Origin: Hypanus sabinus
Lineage: Eukaryota
Direction: 5' to 3'
NCBI RefSeq assembly: GCF_030144855.1
Contig: NC_082731.1
Coordinates: 25,544,001 to 25,608,000 of the forward strand
Length of the DNA stretch: 64,000 nucleotides
A program made the translations under genes and the position numbers. This document shows, one piece after another, positions 24,076-37,799 of the stretch; the stretch's first letter is position 1; each line of letters starts with the position of its first letter. The notes below the pieces were generated by a model. It did no database searches. It saw only the letters and a program-made list of their open reading frames with translations, and was not told the DNA's origin.

Positions 24076-27000
24076 CTCTACACTATCTACAACACCAGCA
24101 ACATTTGTGTCGTCTGCAAATTTGCCAACCCACCCTTCTACCCCCACTTCTAGGTCATTAATACAAATCACAAAAGGTAGAGGTCCCAGAACAGATCCTT
24201 GTGGGATACCACTAGTCGCAACCCTCCAATCTGCATGTACTCAGTCCAACACAACCCTCTGCCCTCTGCAGGCAAGCCAATTCTGAATTCACCTGGTGAA
24301 AATTCCCTGGATCGCATGCGTTCTGACTTTTCGAATAAGTCTACCGTGTGGAACATGTCATATGCCGTACAAAAATCCATGTCGATCACATCTACTACAC
24401 TACCCTCATCTATATGCCTGGTTACCTCCTCAAAGATCTCTATCAGGCCTGTTAGGCACGATCTGCCCTTCACAAAGCCATGCTGACTGTCCCCGATCTG
24501 ACCATGCTTCTCCAAATGCCCGTAGATCCTACCTCTAAGAATATTTTCCAACAGCATTCCCACCACAGACATAAGGATCACTGGTCAATAATTACCTGAC
24601 TATCCCTATTACATTTTTTGAACAAGGGGACAACTTCCGCGTCCGCCCAATCCTCCGGTACCACTCCGTGGTACGAGGACACAAAGATCCTACCCAGAGG
24701 CTCAGCAATCTCCTCCCTCGCCTCGTGGAGCAGCCTGGGGAATATTCCGTCAGGCCCCGGGGATTAATCCGTCCCACTGTATTTTAACAACTCCAACACC
24801 TCCTCTTCTTTAATATCAACATGCTTCAGAACATCAACCTCACTCATATTGTCCTCACCGTCATCAAGTTCCCTCTCAGTGGTAAATATCGAAGAGAAAT
24901 ATTCATTGAGGACCTCGCTCACTTTCACAGCCTCCAGGCACATCTTTCCACTGTTATCTCTAATCGGTGCTACCTTCACTCCATGCAGCCTTTTGTTCTG
25001 CTCATAATTGAAAAATGCCTTGGGGTTTTCCATTACATTACTCGCCAATGCTCTCTCATGTCCACTTCTTGCTCTTTTCAGCCCCTTCCTAAGCCCATTT
25101 CTTGCTACCCTATATTCCCCAATAGACGCATCTGATCCTTGCTTCCTAATCCTCATGTATGCTGCCTTCTTCCACTTGACTAGTTTTTCCACATCACATA
25201 TCACCCATGGTTCCTTCACCCGACCTTTCTTTATCTTCTTCACCGGGCAAAATTTATCCCTAACATCCTGAAAGAGATCCTTAAACAGCGAGCACATGTC
25301 CATAGTACATTGCCTTGCAAAAACATTTTCCCAATACTCACTCGCGAGATCCAGCCTTATAGACTCATAATTTGCCCTTCCCCAAATAAAAATTCTCCTG
25401 TCCTCTCTGATTCTATCCTTTTCCATGATAATGCTAAAGGCCAGGGAGCGGTGATCACTGTCCCCCAGATGCTCACCCACTGCCAGATCTATGACCTGAC
25501 CCGGATTGATACCTAATACTAGGTTACTTTCCCTCTGTCGGCTTGTCAACATACGGTGACAGGAATCCAATCTGGACACATAAAACAAACTTTGCCGCTT
25601 CTAAATCCTTGGAACTAATCAAATGCCAATCAATATTAGGGAAGGTAACGTCAGCCTAGATAACAACCCTGTTATGTTTGCACCTTTCCAAGATATGCCT
25701 CCCAATCTGCTTCTCGGTATATCTCCTGCTACCAGGAGGCCTATAGAATACCCCCAGTAGAGTAACAGCTCCCTTCCTGTTCCTGTCTTCCACCCATACT
25801 GACTCAAAAGAGGTTCCTGCTACATTACCCAACCTTTCTGCAGCTGTAATGGTATCCCAGACTAGTAATGCCTCCCTCCTCCCCTTCCCCCACATCTCTA
25901 TCAATTCTAAAGCACTGATATCCAGGAATACTGAGAATCCATTCTTGCTGTTTTTCGCCGGCCAAGTCTCCGTAATGGCCAGTACATCATAATTGCAAAT
26001 TTTATCCAAGCTCTCAGTTTATCACTTTTGTTCTTTATGTTTCTTCCATTTCAAGTGCACACAATTTAGCACTTCTACCTTACTACCTTTACACCCTTTA
26101 TTTTGCTTCTTTTTCCTGAAAGCCGCTCTATATTTTATATCTGCTTTTACTCCATGCAGTTCTTTCACTGGTGTACCGCTTCGGTAGCAAGCCCACCTGC
26201 AAGGATATTGCTCCTTCTGGAATTCAGATGCAACCTATCCAATCTGTACATTTTCTACCTTCACCAGAAGAGATCCCAATGATTCAACAATCTAAATTGT
26301 TGCCCCCTGCACCAACTTCTCAGCCACGCATTCAACTGTCATCTCCAATTCTTACCATCACTATCACGTAGTACTGGCAGCAATCCCAAGAACGCCACCT
26401 TTGAGGTCCTGTTCTTCAGCCTTCTGCCTAGTTTCTGAAACTCACACTTCAGGACCTCATCCCTCATCCTGCCTATGTCGTTGGTATCAACATGCATCAC
26501 GACTTCTGGTTGCTTTTCCTCTCGTACCAGGATGTCATTCACCCGGTCAGAGACATCCCGGACCCTGGCACCCGGGAGGCTACAAACCATGCGTGTTTCC
26601 TTCTCAGGTCCACAAAATCTTCCGTCTGCTCCCCTAAGTAGCTCTCATCTTCTCCGTCTCATCCTTCTGCACCACTGGTTCAGACTCAGTGCCAGAGGCC
26701 CTGCCACTGTGGCTCACACCTGGAGTGTCTTCTTCCGCAACAGCATCCAGGACGTTACGCTTATTATTCAGGGGAATGGCTACAGAGGTGCAATGCACTA
26801 CCTGTCTACTCTGCTTCGCTGTCCACCCTCGGACTGTCACCTAACGACCTGTTTCGGGCATCCTAGATGTGACTACCTCCATGTAGCTTTCATCTATGAC
26901 TGCCTCAGTCTCCCTTATGAGTCGAAGGTTCTTTAGCTGCTGCTCCAGATTCCTAAGACGGTCTTCCAGATCGCCCAGCCGCAAGGACTTCTGGCAGATG

Positions 27001-28747
27001 TGACTCTGCGGGAGAGGGAGCTCCCCCCAAGTCTGCCACATCTGGCAGGAGAGGCACATCACTGCCTCAGGAGGCATTGAAAAGACTAACAGGGAACGAG
27101 CTAGTCCTCCGTCTCTTCTCGTCGAAGCCTCTCGAGTCAAAGCCTCAAATATCCACTCCATCAGTGGCCCACCCACTCGGTGGTCGCTTTCCACAGGTCG
27201 CTCCGCTTGAGCTATCCCTCTAGTTATTTGTTTGAGCTTTTCAAACTGCTTGGTCACCTGACCGCGATTGCCCAATCAGCTGCTTCCTGATGAGTCTGAG
27301 CTATTCAAATCTTGATTGACTTGATTGCTCAGTCCAACTGCCAAAACTGCCAGAATCTCTCGAGTCAAAGCCACACATCTCCACTCCTTCACTGGCCCAC
27401 GCACTCCCTGGCAGCTTTCCATTTCCGTTAAATATCTCCTCTGTCCCGGATGCGTACGTGGGATCAGTGTTCTGAAAGTTGTTCTCCGGTAGGCCTGAGT
27501 GGCTGAAAACACGGTGTTATTTGGAGCTCTGGGAGAGCCTTCTTTTCGCAAGGGGACAACATCTTGTTTGTCGCTACTTTGTAAGAGGTAATAGCTATCA
27601 AGTCGTGCCACAGTTGTTGAGCACCTTTCAGTGATCGAGATTAGTGTGCAATTGCCACGTCACACGTGCGCTGGCTTGTTAGCGATCGTACCTATTCAAA
27701 ATGTTACTGCTCTGGTCCTCCAGGGGATATTGTTGGCATTTTAACAGCGACATATTCAGACCTCATAATGTGCCCATTCACAGCAGGTACAATAAATTGT
27801 GTGTTCTTTGATGACTCGTGGAACTTTAGGTGACCTCCTACTTTTATTAACTGTAATTATTAAAAATTAAGTTTTTTTAATAAAAGTATAGATTTTTTGA
27901 ACGTCTGACTCCGTTGATGTTTTTTTTTTCTGTCACCCCGAATAGTTCACCTAAGAGTATGCATAATTTTAATGTGTCAGGAACAGATTGCAGCTCAGCA
28001 AAATCTGCGCTTTCGCTGTGAGAGCTAATATACTCTATATAACTCTCAACTCAAGTGAAAAGGAAGTATCCCGTGAATACTGTACAACACGGAAAGTGAA
28101 CGTTCTGTCATCAACTCTGCATCGACCAGCATCACAAAGTCTTGTTTTCTCTAATCGTTCCTCAACCAAAAAGTTCATTATGGCTCCTCAGGTTCTGTAA
28201 TTACAATGACGAGACATATTACAACTGTCAATTCAAATGTTTTAGGAGCTGAGATGAAATGTAGTCCAAGGAAGCAATAAAAACCATGTGAAATGAAACC
28301 GGATCGCTGACGTTGCTATAGTGTTATGCTAACAGTTATCTCACTATGATGCTCCAATAAATATGTTTGTTCTTTTATTTTTTTACTTGTTTGTGTTTTT
28401 ATTTATACATTAAATAGATTGTTCGCTTTCCCCCTCGCTTTTAGGAATCCATTGTACTTCATTGATGTTGTTCTTCTATATTTTCAAGAAATGCAACAAC
28501 ACATCTGTCACACTGAAGACAATTGGACGCCAAGTACAATCTGACTAATAAGCGCTGCGTCGAGGGCAAAGTCTTGAGAGTGCAACGTCTGCCCCTAATA
28601 TTATGATCTCCATTTCTTTTCTATCCGCGTTTTCGAAAGGGAAGACAGATCCATACCTGAATCGCTTCACAAGAAAATAAATTTCATTTAAAAAACATTG
28701 GAGCGAACGCTAGCAGCAGGCGGTGCAGACATAGACTTTATAACTAT

Positions 28748-28946
28748 GCCTAAATTAGGTAGTGTCCAATACCAACTTAACGACGCTGTGGATTCCGAAG
28801 CAAAATGATGTGAAATTGAGAACTTAAGAGTCCGCGTTGCGGATATCAGAATTGATCATCTCGGTAGATATACGCTCATCATAGGATACATCAGGCCCCT
28901 CCCCTTGAATTGTGTTTAAATATCCTAATCTCACGTAGAGTATCAT
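28748..28946 (+). promoter_or_regulatory. Candidate V2 promoter elements
   Basis: GCCTAAATTAGGT (28748-28760) followed by CCAAT, ATCAGAATT, and TCACGTAGAGTATCAT (28931-28946). The first and last motifs are identical to V1. Confidence 0.55.
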
Positions 28947-28970
28947 CATATTGCTTCTCAGATGCAGGAA

Positions 28971-29052
28971 ATGCCACCGCTGAATATTTTTTCGAATGTC
29001 AAAATCGCATACACCTTTTCCCATATTCTTCTCGTATTATGGACATTTTTCG
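28971..29052 (+). CDS. TCR V2 leader exon, extended (MPPLNIFSNVKIAYTFSHILLVLWTFF); alternative start at 28962
   Basis: The codon matching the V1 ATG is ACC (29013). In-frame ATGs lie at 28971 and 28962 with no intervening stop. Donor G|GTAAGT at 29053; 94-nt intron; acceptor TTTCAG at 29146. Confidence 0.65.
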
Positions 29053-29146
29053 GTAAGTCTGGCCTTGCTGTCCGTCTGTTATATTTACATATAGTTCGCA
29101 GCCGTTCAACTCAGCACTGAATTCAACTCTCTAACTTTCATTTCAG

Positions 29147-29450
29147 CATATATTCGTGCAGATTCGGTGACACAACCTGAGACTGCTTTGAACGTAACAG
29201 AAGGTGATAGTGTGAAAATACAGTGCAGCTACACAACAGGTAGCAGCGACCCTGACCTATATTGGTACCAACAACAAAAGAAGCAGCCCCTGCGCTTTAT
29301 ATTACACCGGGATAACAGTAGAAGACACGTTGCTGATTTTGCAAGGGGAAAGTTCGAAGCGGACCACACTAACGAAAGGAAGAAAATTCCTTTAACGATC
29401 AAACGTGCGGATATCCAGGACTCAGGGGTGTACTTCTGTGCGATGAGAGT
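29147..29450 (+). CDS. TCR alpha/delta-type variable segment V2, open frame
   Basis: (A)YIRADSVTQPETALNVTEGDSVKIQCSYTTGSSDPDLYWYQQQKKQPLRFILHRDN...DIQDSGVYFCAMR. The exon is 304 nt, the same length as V1, with 63/94 aa identity by manual alignment. Confidence 0.92.
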
Positions 29451-29489
29451 CACAGTGTTTTGATACCCATCAGTCGCAGTACAAGCAAT
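29451..29489 (+). other. 23-RSS of V2 with degenerate nonamer
   Basis: CACAGTG, 23 nt, then ACAAGCAAT (consensus ACAAAAACC). Confidence 0.88.
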
Positions 29490-31399
29490 CAAAGAGTAAG
29501 CACAACCGCAAGCAATGTCGCTGTTTCAGGAAATCATTATGCCATTAATCGGTATCTGCAGTAAAAACACTCTTTTTTTTTTAACAAAACCGTTCACAAA
29601 CCAACCGAAACAATTTGTCCTCAAATCCCTGACGGTTCCAGAACCGTGGACTTTGTACTGTGCAGAGCAAGCCATCGTGCTAATGAAACTGAGAGTCGTT
29701 TCCTGTTTTGGATATGCTACAGTGCTTCCCCGAAAGAAAACATACTTCCCTCATCTACCCTCATCTTCCCTCATCTTCCCTCATCCCTCATAAACGATCT
29801 GTTATCGTTTACCTCCCTACCCTGGATGAAAAATGTCACATCGCTCTTCAGTGCAGCTACCTGCTGTCCAATAGGCCACCCAGTTCTGGACATTGCAGCA
29901 ATTGTTGGAAACAGAGCAGAGTTGATAAACCAAGATATCTATAAAATTCTAGATGTACCAATTATTCACTTTAGTTGTGTGAGTATAATGTTTTCGTATG
30001 TCAACTCCTGAAATCACCGAAATCCGGATTCATGGAAATCATGTCGTACCTTTATTAGGTCTCTCCGTCGGCCAGCTGTGTGTTTGCAAGGCGGCTGGTG
30101 AGAGGGAAATATGTAGAAAATGTGGTTGAAAACATTATCGTCGCTCCGGCGTGAATGATATGAAAAATCCTCCTTTAATTTTTCATGAAAACTTACTCAA
30201 CTTAACTGCTCCTTCATACCAAACCACAAGATATACCGCGACCAAGATGATCAGTAGACAATATGTCAAACCGCATGATGTCTGATACATTCCTCAACAC
30301 AAATTGTAACAACATGTCCTTTATCGTAACCAAATGCTTGCTTTCGGGGGACACTGGGTAATGTCATTACCTAGAACTTTGGTCTTTAAAAAGGGGTTCA
30401 AAGCAACCTGTTTGATGTTCACGTAATTTGTCTTGCGATTCTGCAAGATATCTTTCCTGTGCATAGGTATGTGTGCGGGTTGCGACTGTAAGTGCCTTTA
30501 TCGGCTTGTCAGTGATAATAGTGTGGCCTCCACTTCAGTTAAGCATGCCTTTTGAACGGAGAGGCCAGTAGAAAAGTTTGAAGTGAACAAACGATTCGTT
30601 AAACCAAGATTGAAAACAGTAAAGAAATCTTGAATTTGTTCCTCTGATTCAACAGTCTTGATCTCTCACGCAAATCCTCTTAATGTCATTGGAACTCCAC
30701 TCGTTGCCGGTCATAAATCTAATACAAAGAATCTTTCTAAGAATCAAGGATCACTTTTATTCGCCATTAATATTTGCATGCATTCGGAGTTTGCCGTGGT
30801 GTGTTGGCGTTATGTGCAACAAAAAGAAAAGAACAAACACAACTGAATAATGGTTAGGAGACAGATTTTGTCTCTGTAACTGCTTGATTTTCCAGTGGGT
30901 GCCCCAGATTGCTCCTACTATCTGACACCGAACGGGTTAGCAGGTTAAATATGTGGTGCTGTCTCCTTGGTCCGGAAGGGCTGTACTATGTTTTATCGCT
31001 GAAGAATATAAAATAGGAATGGAATTTTCTATAAATGAAGTTAGAAGCCCATATATTGAATAAAATATGCATGTCTCCTAAGAAGCCAGCATGAATTTAT
31101 AATATAAACAACGTTCAGTAGTGGATTACAATATTCACAGTGCAATGCAGAATCTGCAAAAAAAAAAAAAAAAAAAATGGGGAGGAAGTGTAATTGCAGG
31201 GATAGGTTCAAACAAATGTAGTTAATGAGGCTAATTGCTTAGCAGAAGAAACCTTCCAGACACGGTGACGTCTGTGTTCTGACAGTCCTGTCACGATAGA
31301 TAGAACTGCAGCAAATCTGCATCTAAATAGTTATGAATTTGAAATATCACATAATCAGCCTCTGAAAAGTATACATTATTACTGATCTGAGTACAACTG

Positions 31400-32030
31400 A
31401 CCTCTATTATTGAGTCTAATGTTTGTTGATATTATTGGGGCAGGAATAATGATAGTGTCCTTGCAGCAACCAACATTAGCATTCTCATAATATGTTCTTT
31501 CACAACAAAGAGAGGGAGTTGTAGATAAGCAACTGACTGGAGGGCCAAAAGAGGCGTTTAGAAATGTGATCAGTGAGTCAAATCTGAAGCAGAATCCGTT
31601 TAAATCTTTTGGGAGGTGGAGGTCATCCGTGAGGGTAGTGAGTATCGTCTTGTCGTTTGTAATGAACAGAGGGCTTTTGCGGACGAATGAAAAGTAATTT
31701 GCAAAACTCTGGGTTTCCACTCTGACTGAATTTTGTTGTTGTCACTTCGAACTGCTTGCTCCAATATGTACCAGCTATTTTGCAACTCCGATGTACAAAT
31801 GTTTCTCCTTTTCGATGCGGTTCTTCCTCCTCCTCCGGTTGCAGCTAACTACGCTCTTCATTGATCCAGGGATTTTATTGTTGAAGCCGCTCACTGCATC
31901 ACCTGCGAGGCAGGCATCTTCCCAAAAGCTGTTATGGGATTCAGCTGCGTCAATGCATACATCGATGCTATCGGAATTAGATTTAAAGATGTTCCAATCC
32001 GTGTCATCAAAGCAAAATCGTGGCATTTAT
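31400..32030 (-). mobile_element. Rex1/L2-like LINE endonuclease-tether fragment
   Basis: CFDDTDWNIF...GFNNKIPG resembles the CFExTDW...FPNQKPW pattern. Confidence 0.6.
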
Positions 32031-34559
32031 TTGGGATAAGTGTGTCATGTTTTCACAAATTCATTAGTTGATTTCAATGTTTTAGTTTGGAGTCTGTATG
32101 CAGGAATGAACTGTCTTAACCAGGATATCCAAAGTATCACGGCATGTCAGCTGATGGCCAACTTTAATCAGACTCTAGCCATGGTCCGGAATGTTACCCT
32201 TCTAATAGTGCAGTTGATGTGTTGGTGAACACATGGAAGTTCGAATTTTAAGGTAGTGCATTTAAAATGGAGCAATAATCACAACCGGTTTTATCAGACT
32301 CTTTAACCACATAGTTAAGTGTTTGTTGCGCTTTACTTCAGGGGACAATGCACACGCCTGCCAAGATGACGGAAGTAAAGTTTCAGGGAGAATAAAAAGG
32401 TTTTCCAATTAAGGAATGCTGATCGAATGTTAGCTGAACAATTCAATTTAACAACATTCATGTTTCTGCGTCAACCTGGGTTGATAAACAGGCACACACT
32501 TCAGCCCTTAGCCTTATTGCAGACTTCGGGGATACGATAAGAGCCCGGACTCTTTAAGTCGGTTAGCTACTGCGTGGAACCGTCCAGCCATATCATCATA
32601 ACGAAATAAATTTCAGTGAGGAACTGGTTCTCTTTTACTACTGATAAGAATATTTAGATCGTGATTTTTTGTTACAGGACGGACAGCTGAAAAATAGACT
32701 GCAGATAACGACGAGATTAGTTCAGCTGTCCTGAAATTAACTACTGAGCTGAAATATTTATTTATATATTTACCCATCTATTTATTTATTTGTTGGTGTG
32801 TCTATTTACTTACTTATTTACATATTTATTTGTTGTGACACAGCACGGAGTGTACTTTTCCTGCCCTTCGAGCCGTCAAGCCCTGTAACCCCGGTGAAAC
32901 CCTGACCTTTTTCATCACCAATTAAACTACCAACTGCTACTGCTGTGAACTGGCCCGCCCAGTGGAAACCCACACGGCCCCGGGGAGAAAGGAAAATTTC
33001 CTTAAAAGGAACAGCAAAATTGAACCAGAGTGTCCGGTACTGTAAGACCTTGGGTTAACCACAGCACCACTGTGCCTCACCACCTGTGCATTTCCTGAAG
33101 TCCCCGAACTGTGTGGCTAGAGTGCAGGTGAGCAGAGTTGTGTACATATCGGAAAACTGCTTCATGGTATCAAGATATCTAATGCATATCGCAAATACTG
33201 GAAAGCACAGGAACACTTCCAATTAATATGTAATCTGCAGAATACCGTCATTAAAAGCTGTTAATGAAAGAAGTAAGACGAGTCCAGGATACATCTTACC
33301 CTCATGTTGCCACCAATGTTCTGGGAGATAAAGGCTGCAATACTTTGGACTCTGAGGCAGAAAATTCCAATCCTGATATTAATCTTCTTCAAACGTTGTA
33401 AAAAACAACACAGTGCAAAATGCATGCGATAAAGTTGTGAGAAAAAAAAATATTCGTTGACAGAAAGTGTGTCTTTGGAACACTTTCATTTATTAGTTGC
33501 TGCACTATTCCCCAGTCGGTAGAATTTCTGCTTTGATATTCCATTGAGTACAATTCAACTCTATCCTCCAAACTTACAGTTTGTATCTACACTCTTCCTA
33601 ATGGTTTGTTTTGCGGGCGCTTTGCGAAAACTTACGGAACAAGGGTTTAAGCAGCATCAGTTATTAAACCCGTTTGTTAAATTTATGAGGAGACATGTCA
33701 GCATCAAATGAAATAAGTCTAGTATAGTGTTAATGTGCTAATAAAGTAAATGAGAAAGACGTTTCTAAATATTACAAATGAGGAAGGAAAAGTAACGGAA
33801 AATATAATGATAGAACAAGAATGAGAGACAGAAGGCGATAACGAAAATGTTACAAGAACATTAAGTTATTTTTAATTGTTCTTAAACACATGAAGTAAAC
33901 AAATGAAGAAGGAGCTCACGCGATTATGCCGAACTCATCACATCGCCTCCATACATTATTCTCAGCTTTCCGTTTCAGTCACACTTGTAGAACAGGTATC
34001 TGTAAAGCAATATGGTGGACAACGGTTGCTAGGCTGACCGAATTATTGCTACGACAATTTAAATAATTAGCCGTGCAGAGATCATTATATATATTTGCAA
34101 ATTTTGCAAAGCCAAACAACTAATCCTATTGCCGTGGGTGTAAAACAGTAACCAGTTTAAGACCGCAAAAGGCAAGGTTGAATATTAATCGGGAGTAGAA
34201 ATATTATTTTTTTCTCTTTATAGATTTTTTTTCTTTCGTTACTGGGGAGCTGGGGGAGCTTCTGATCGATTGCTATGGGATTCACGTGTGGAATCATGGC
34301 TATTGCCATGATCCCTAAAACGGAGGGAGGTAATGCTGTGATTGTTTCCATTCACAGCATTAGTAGGGCGGTATTTTGTTATTTTTTTCTTTATAATTTA
34401 TTTTTTTTCTATTTTTCTTTCTTTGCCTGGATGATTGTGGGGAGGAGCCAACATAGCAACATAGAGGATTTTAAGGAGATTCCCCAGTGTAGTAGGAGAG
34501 CTAAGATATTATGTACTGTGGTAGATTGGAGGAATCTTGTTAACAATTATGATTAATTT

Positions 34560-37500
34560 TCTGATGTTTTAAAATGTTAATGTAAATAGGCTGAATGGAC
34601 CTGGGAAAAGAAAAAGAATTCTAACAAACATTAAGAAAATGAAAGAAGATATAGACTTTTTGCAGGAAAGACATTCAACAGAGATAGAACATCAGAAATT
34701 AAATTGAGATTGGATGGGGAATGGTATTGCAGCATCATTCAATTCCAAGGGGAGGGGAGTTGCAATTTTGGTTAATAAAACCTTACCAATTAAAATACAA
34801 AATATATTTATTAATCCCGGGCGGAGATATGTGATTATACATTGGCATTTTTTTTCGGAATTATGGACTCGTATGAATATTTATGCACCAAATGAAGATG
34901 ATGCAAAATTTATACAATAAGCTTTTTTTGAATTTGGCCGACACACATTCTAAAGCATTAATAGGTGGAGATTTTAACTTTGGTCTACATCCAGTTTTAG
35001 ATAGATCGACAAAGGCAATTACAAAATCAAAAGTAGTAAAACTAACTTCATCATGGATGAAAGATTTAAATTTGATTGATATATGGAGAAGAATTAATCC
35101 AAGCGAAAGAGATGGTTCATTTTATTCAGATAGACGTAAAACCTATTCAAGAATAGATTTATTTCTATTATCAGCGAATATTCAGGATAGAGTAAAAAGT
35201 ATGGAATATGAAGCGAAAATACTGTCAGATCTTTCCCTTTGATAATGACAATGATAATGATGGATAAGGAAGAATTGATTTACAGATGGAAAAATAGATT
35301 CAAGTTTTTTTTGGATACGAGCTCATATTCAGTTGGCGATTCATTTATAATATTGGAAGCAATGAAAACATAATTGAGGGGCCCGATAATAAGTTATACT
35401 TCTAAAATTAAGAAGGAATATATGGCAGAAATGGATCAATTGGAAAAAAAGACTGTACAATTAGAAAAAGAATGTCAAAGATATACGACAGAAGAACAAA
35501 CGAAGACAACTTGTCAATAAGAACTTACAATATAATACGCTCCAGACATATCGAACAGAAAAAGCAATTATCAGAAATAAGCAGAGATATTATGAATTAG
35601 GTGAAAGATCACACAGAATTCTTGTTTGGCAGTTGAAAACTGAGCAGGTTTCCAAAACGATAAACGCATTTAGAACAAGTGCAAATAAAATTACTCATTA
35701 ACCTTTAGAAATTAATGAAACCTTAAAACATTTTTACTCTGTATTGTATCAATCTGCATCACAAAATGATGTTGTTGAGATAGAAAGATTTCTATCACAA
35801 ATAACTCTTCCAAATTGAATTCGGAAGAACAGAAGTGATTAGATATGCCTTTTACATTAAAAGAGGTCGAAGAAGCCCAAGGAACCCTTCAGAATAATAA
35901 ATCTCCAGGAGAGGATGGTTTTCCACCTGACTTTTATGAAAGGTTTAAAGATTTAATAATTCCTCCTTTTATGGAGTTAAAACATTAAGCGGAAAGAACA
36001 CATAATCTTCCAGAATCTTTTTCGACAACGGTTCTAACAGTATTGCCAAAAAAGATAGAGATTCTTTAAAACGAACATCATATAGGTCTATTTCTTTGTT
36101 GAATACGGACGATAAAGTAATAGCAAAAAAAAAAATATCTTATAGATTATCTAAATATTAATCCATTTGGTGATTACGTTCTGATTTATTTAACAAACTC
36201 ATTGCATTCATTGCGTAAATTATCTTTCTGGTTGGAAGAATATGGGAAAATATCAGGGTATAAATAAATTGGGATAAAAGTGAAATTTTACCCCTTACAA
36301 AAGGAGATTATCGTCAATGGCGACTAGTAACGCAATTTAGATGGCCGATAAATGGTATAAAATATTTAGGTATAAGAGTTGATAAAGATATAAAGAAATT
36401 ATATAAATTAAATAATTTGCCATTATTGAAAAAAAATCAAGGAGATGTTGATAAATCGATGATGTTACCAAGAACATTATTAGGTAGAGACAATGCTGTA
36501 AAGATGAATATATTTCCTAGATTACAGTATTTACTCCAAACACTACCAATGCAACTGCCGCAGAAGTTTTATTTTCACAGTTGAATAAAGGTGTGAGGAA
36601 GTTTCTTTGGAAATGTAAGATGTCTAGAATGTCGTTGAAAAATTGACATGCAACTTTGACCTAGGAGGGCTACTACTCCCAAATTTAAAGAATTATTATA
36701 AAGCAAATCAACTTAGATTTATTGCATCATTTTTGATCAAGATAAACCGGCATAGATTAGAATAGAGTTAGGTAAGATAGAAGAAAATTACCACAAGATT
36801 TTATAGATAAATGGGAATCTAAATGGATACCGGAAAAGAAAAAAAACCGTTATATAAAAACATTTGATTGATGGAACAAGAGAAATGTNNNNNNNNNNNN
36901 NNNNNNNNNNNNNNNNNNNNNNNNNNNNNNNNNNNNNNNNNNNNNNNNNNNNNNNNNNNNNNNNNNNNNNNNNNNNNNNNNNNNNNNNNNNNNNNNNNNN
37001 NNNNNNNNNNNNNNNNNNNNNNNNNNNNNNNNNNNNNNNNNNNNNNNNNNNNNNNNNNNNNNNNNNNNNNNNNNNNNNNNNNNNNNNNTTTGATTCAAAA
37101 GACAATTAAACCTGAATTCATAAGTTAAGACAAGAATGGGAAACTGATTTGAATATTAAAATTGCGTAAACAATTTGGTCAATGCTATGTCTTGCTAATA
37201 TAACAAATACAATAAATGTCCGACTTATATTAGTACGACACACCTTTTTACATCAATTATATATTACAGCACAAAAAATACATAGATTAAATCTAAATTT
37301 ATCTGATCAATGTTTTCGATGTAATCAACATATTGTTACTTTTGTACACTCTACTTGGCCCTGTGCTAAAATTCAACGTTCTTAGATAAATGTAAGTGTT
37401 TTATTGGAACAAATTATCGGAACGCAACTTCCACATAACGCAATATTCTTTTTTATTAGGTGATATTGAAGAGATAAAACGGATACTTAAATTGAACATA

Positions 37501-37690
37501 TTTCAGAAAGAATTTATAAAAATTACATTGACGTTAGCCAAAAACCGAATTACAGTTACTTGGAAATCGGATTCACACATAAGTATGTATCGTTGGAATA
37601 ATGAACTTTTAGCTGCATTCCACTTGAAAAAATACATATAATTTAAGAAATAAATATGACATATTCTGAAAAATTCTTACAAAAGATAGG
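34560..37690 (+). mobile_element. L1-clade LINE ORF2 (APE endonuclease and RT), degenerate
   Basis: NVNRLNGPGKRK, FLQE, SKGRGVAILVNK, MNIYAPNEDD, IGGDFN, YSRIDLF, NKSPGEDGF, SYRSISLLNTD; strongly A-rich strand. Confidence 0.88.
36889..37088. other. Assembly gap
   Basis: Run of N. Confidence 1.
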
Positions 37691-37799
37691 ATTAAATAAA
37701 TAGGTGCACCGACGATAAAGTTATTAGTTATTTGGAGGGAAAGAAACAAATATATACAATAAAGCTATTTTGAATTTCATGGAGCAAGTGGGGATTTTC

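Larger units (their letters stand above)
22010..27450 (-). mobile_element. Near full-length CR1 LINE (5' UTR, ORF1 with esterase domain, ORF2 EN-RT, 3' tail), frameshifted
   Basis: ORF1: CLSCQMW...LEDRLRNLEQQL and CSLPGARVRDVSDRV...VHVDTNDIG. EN: YDVLAITETW and EHLGDSDH. RT: SQHGFVKGRSCLT and KFADDT. (GAACATA) tail at about 22010. Confidence 0.92.

Noticed and set aside
31136-31165. CACAGTG, 13 nt, then GCAAAAAAA: possible 12-RSS or D segment
   Set aside because: The nonamer is just the start of a poly-A tract, the spacer is off by one, and there is no partner RSS.
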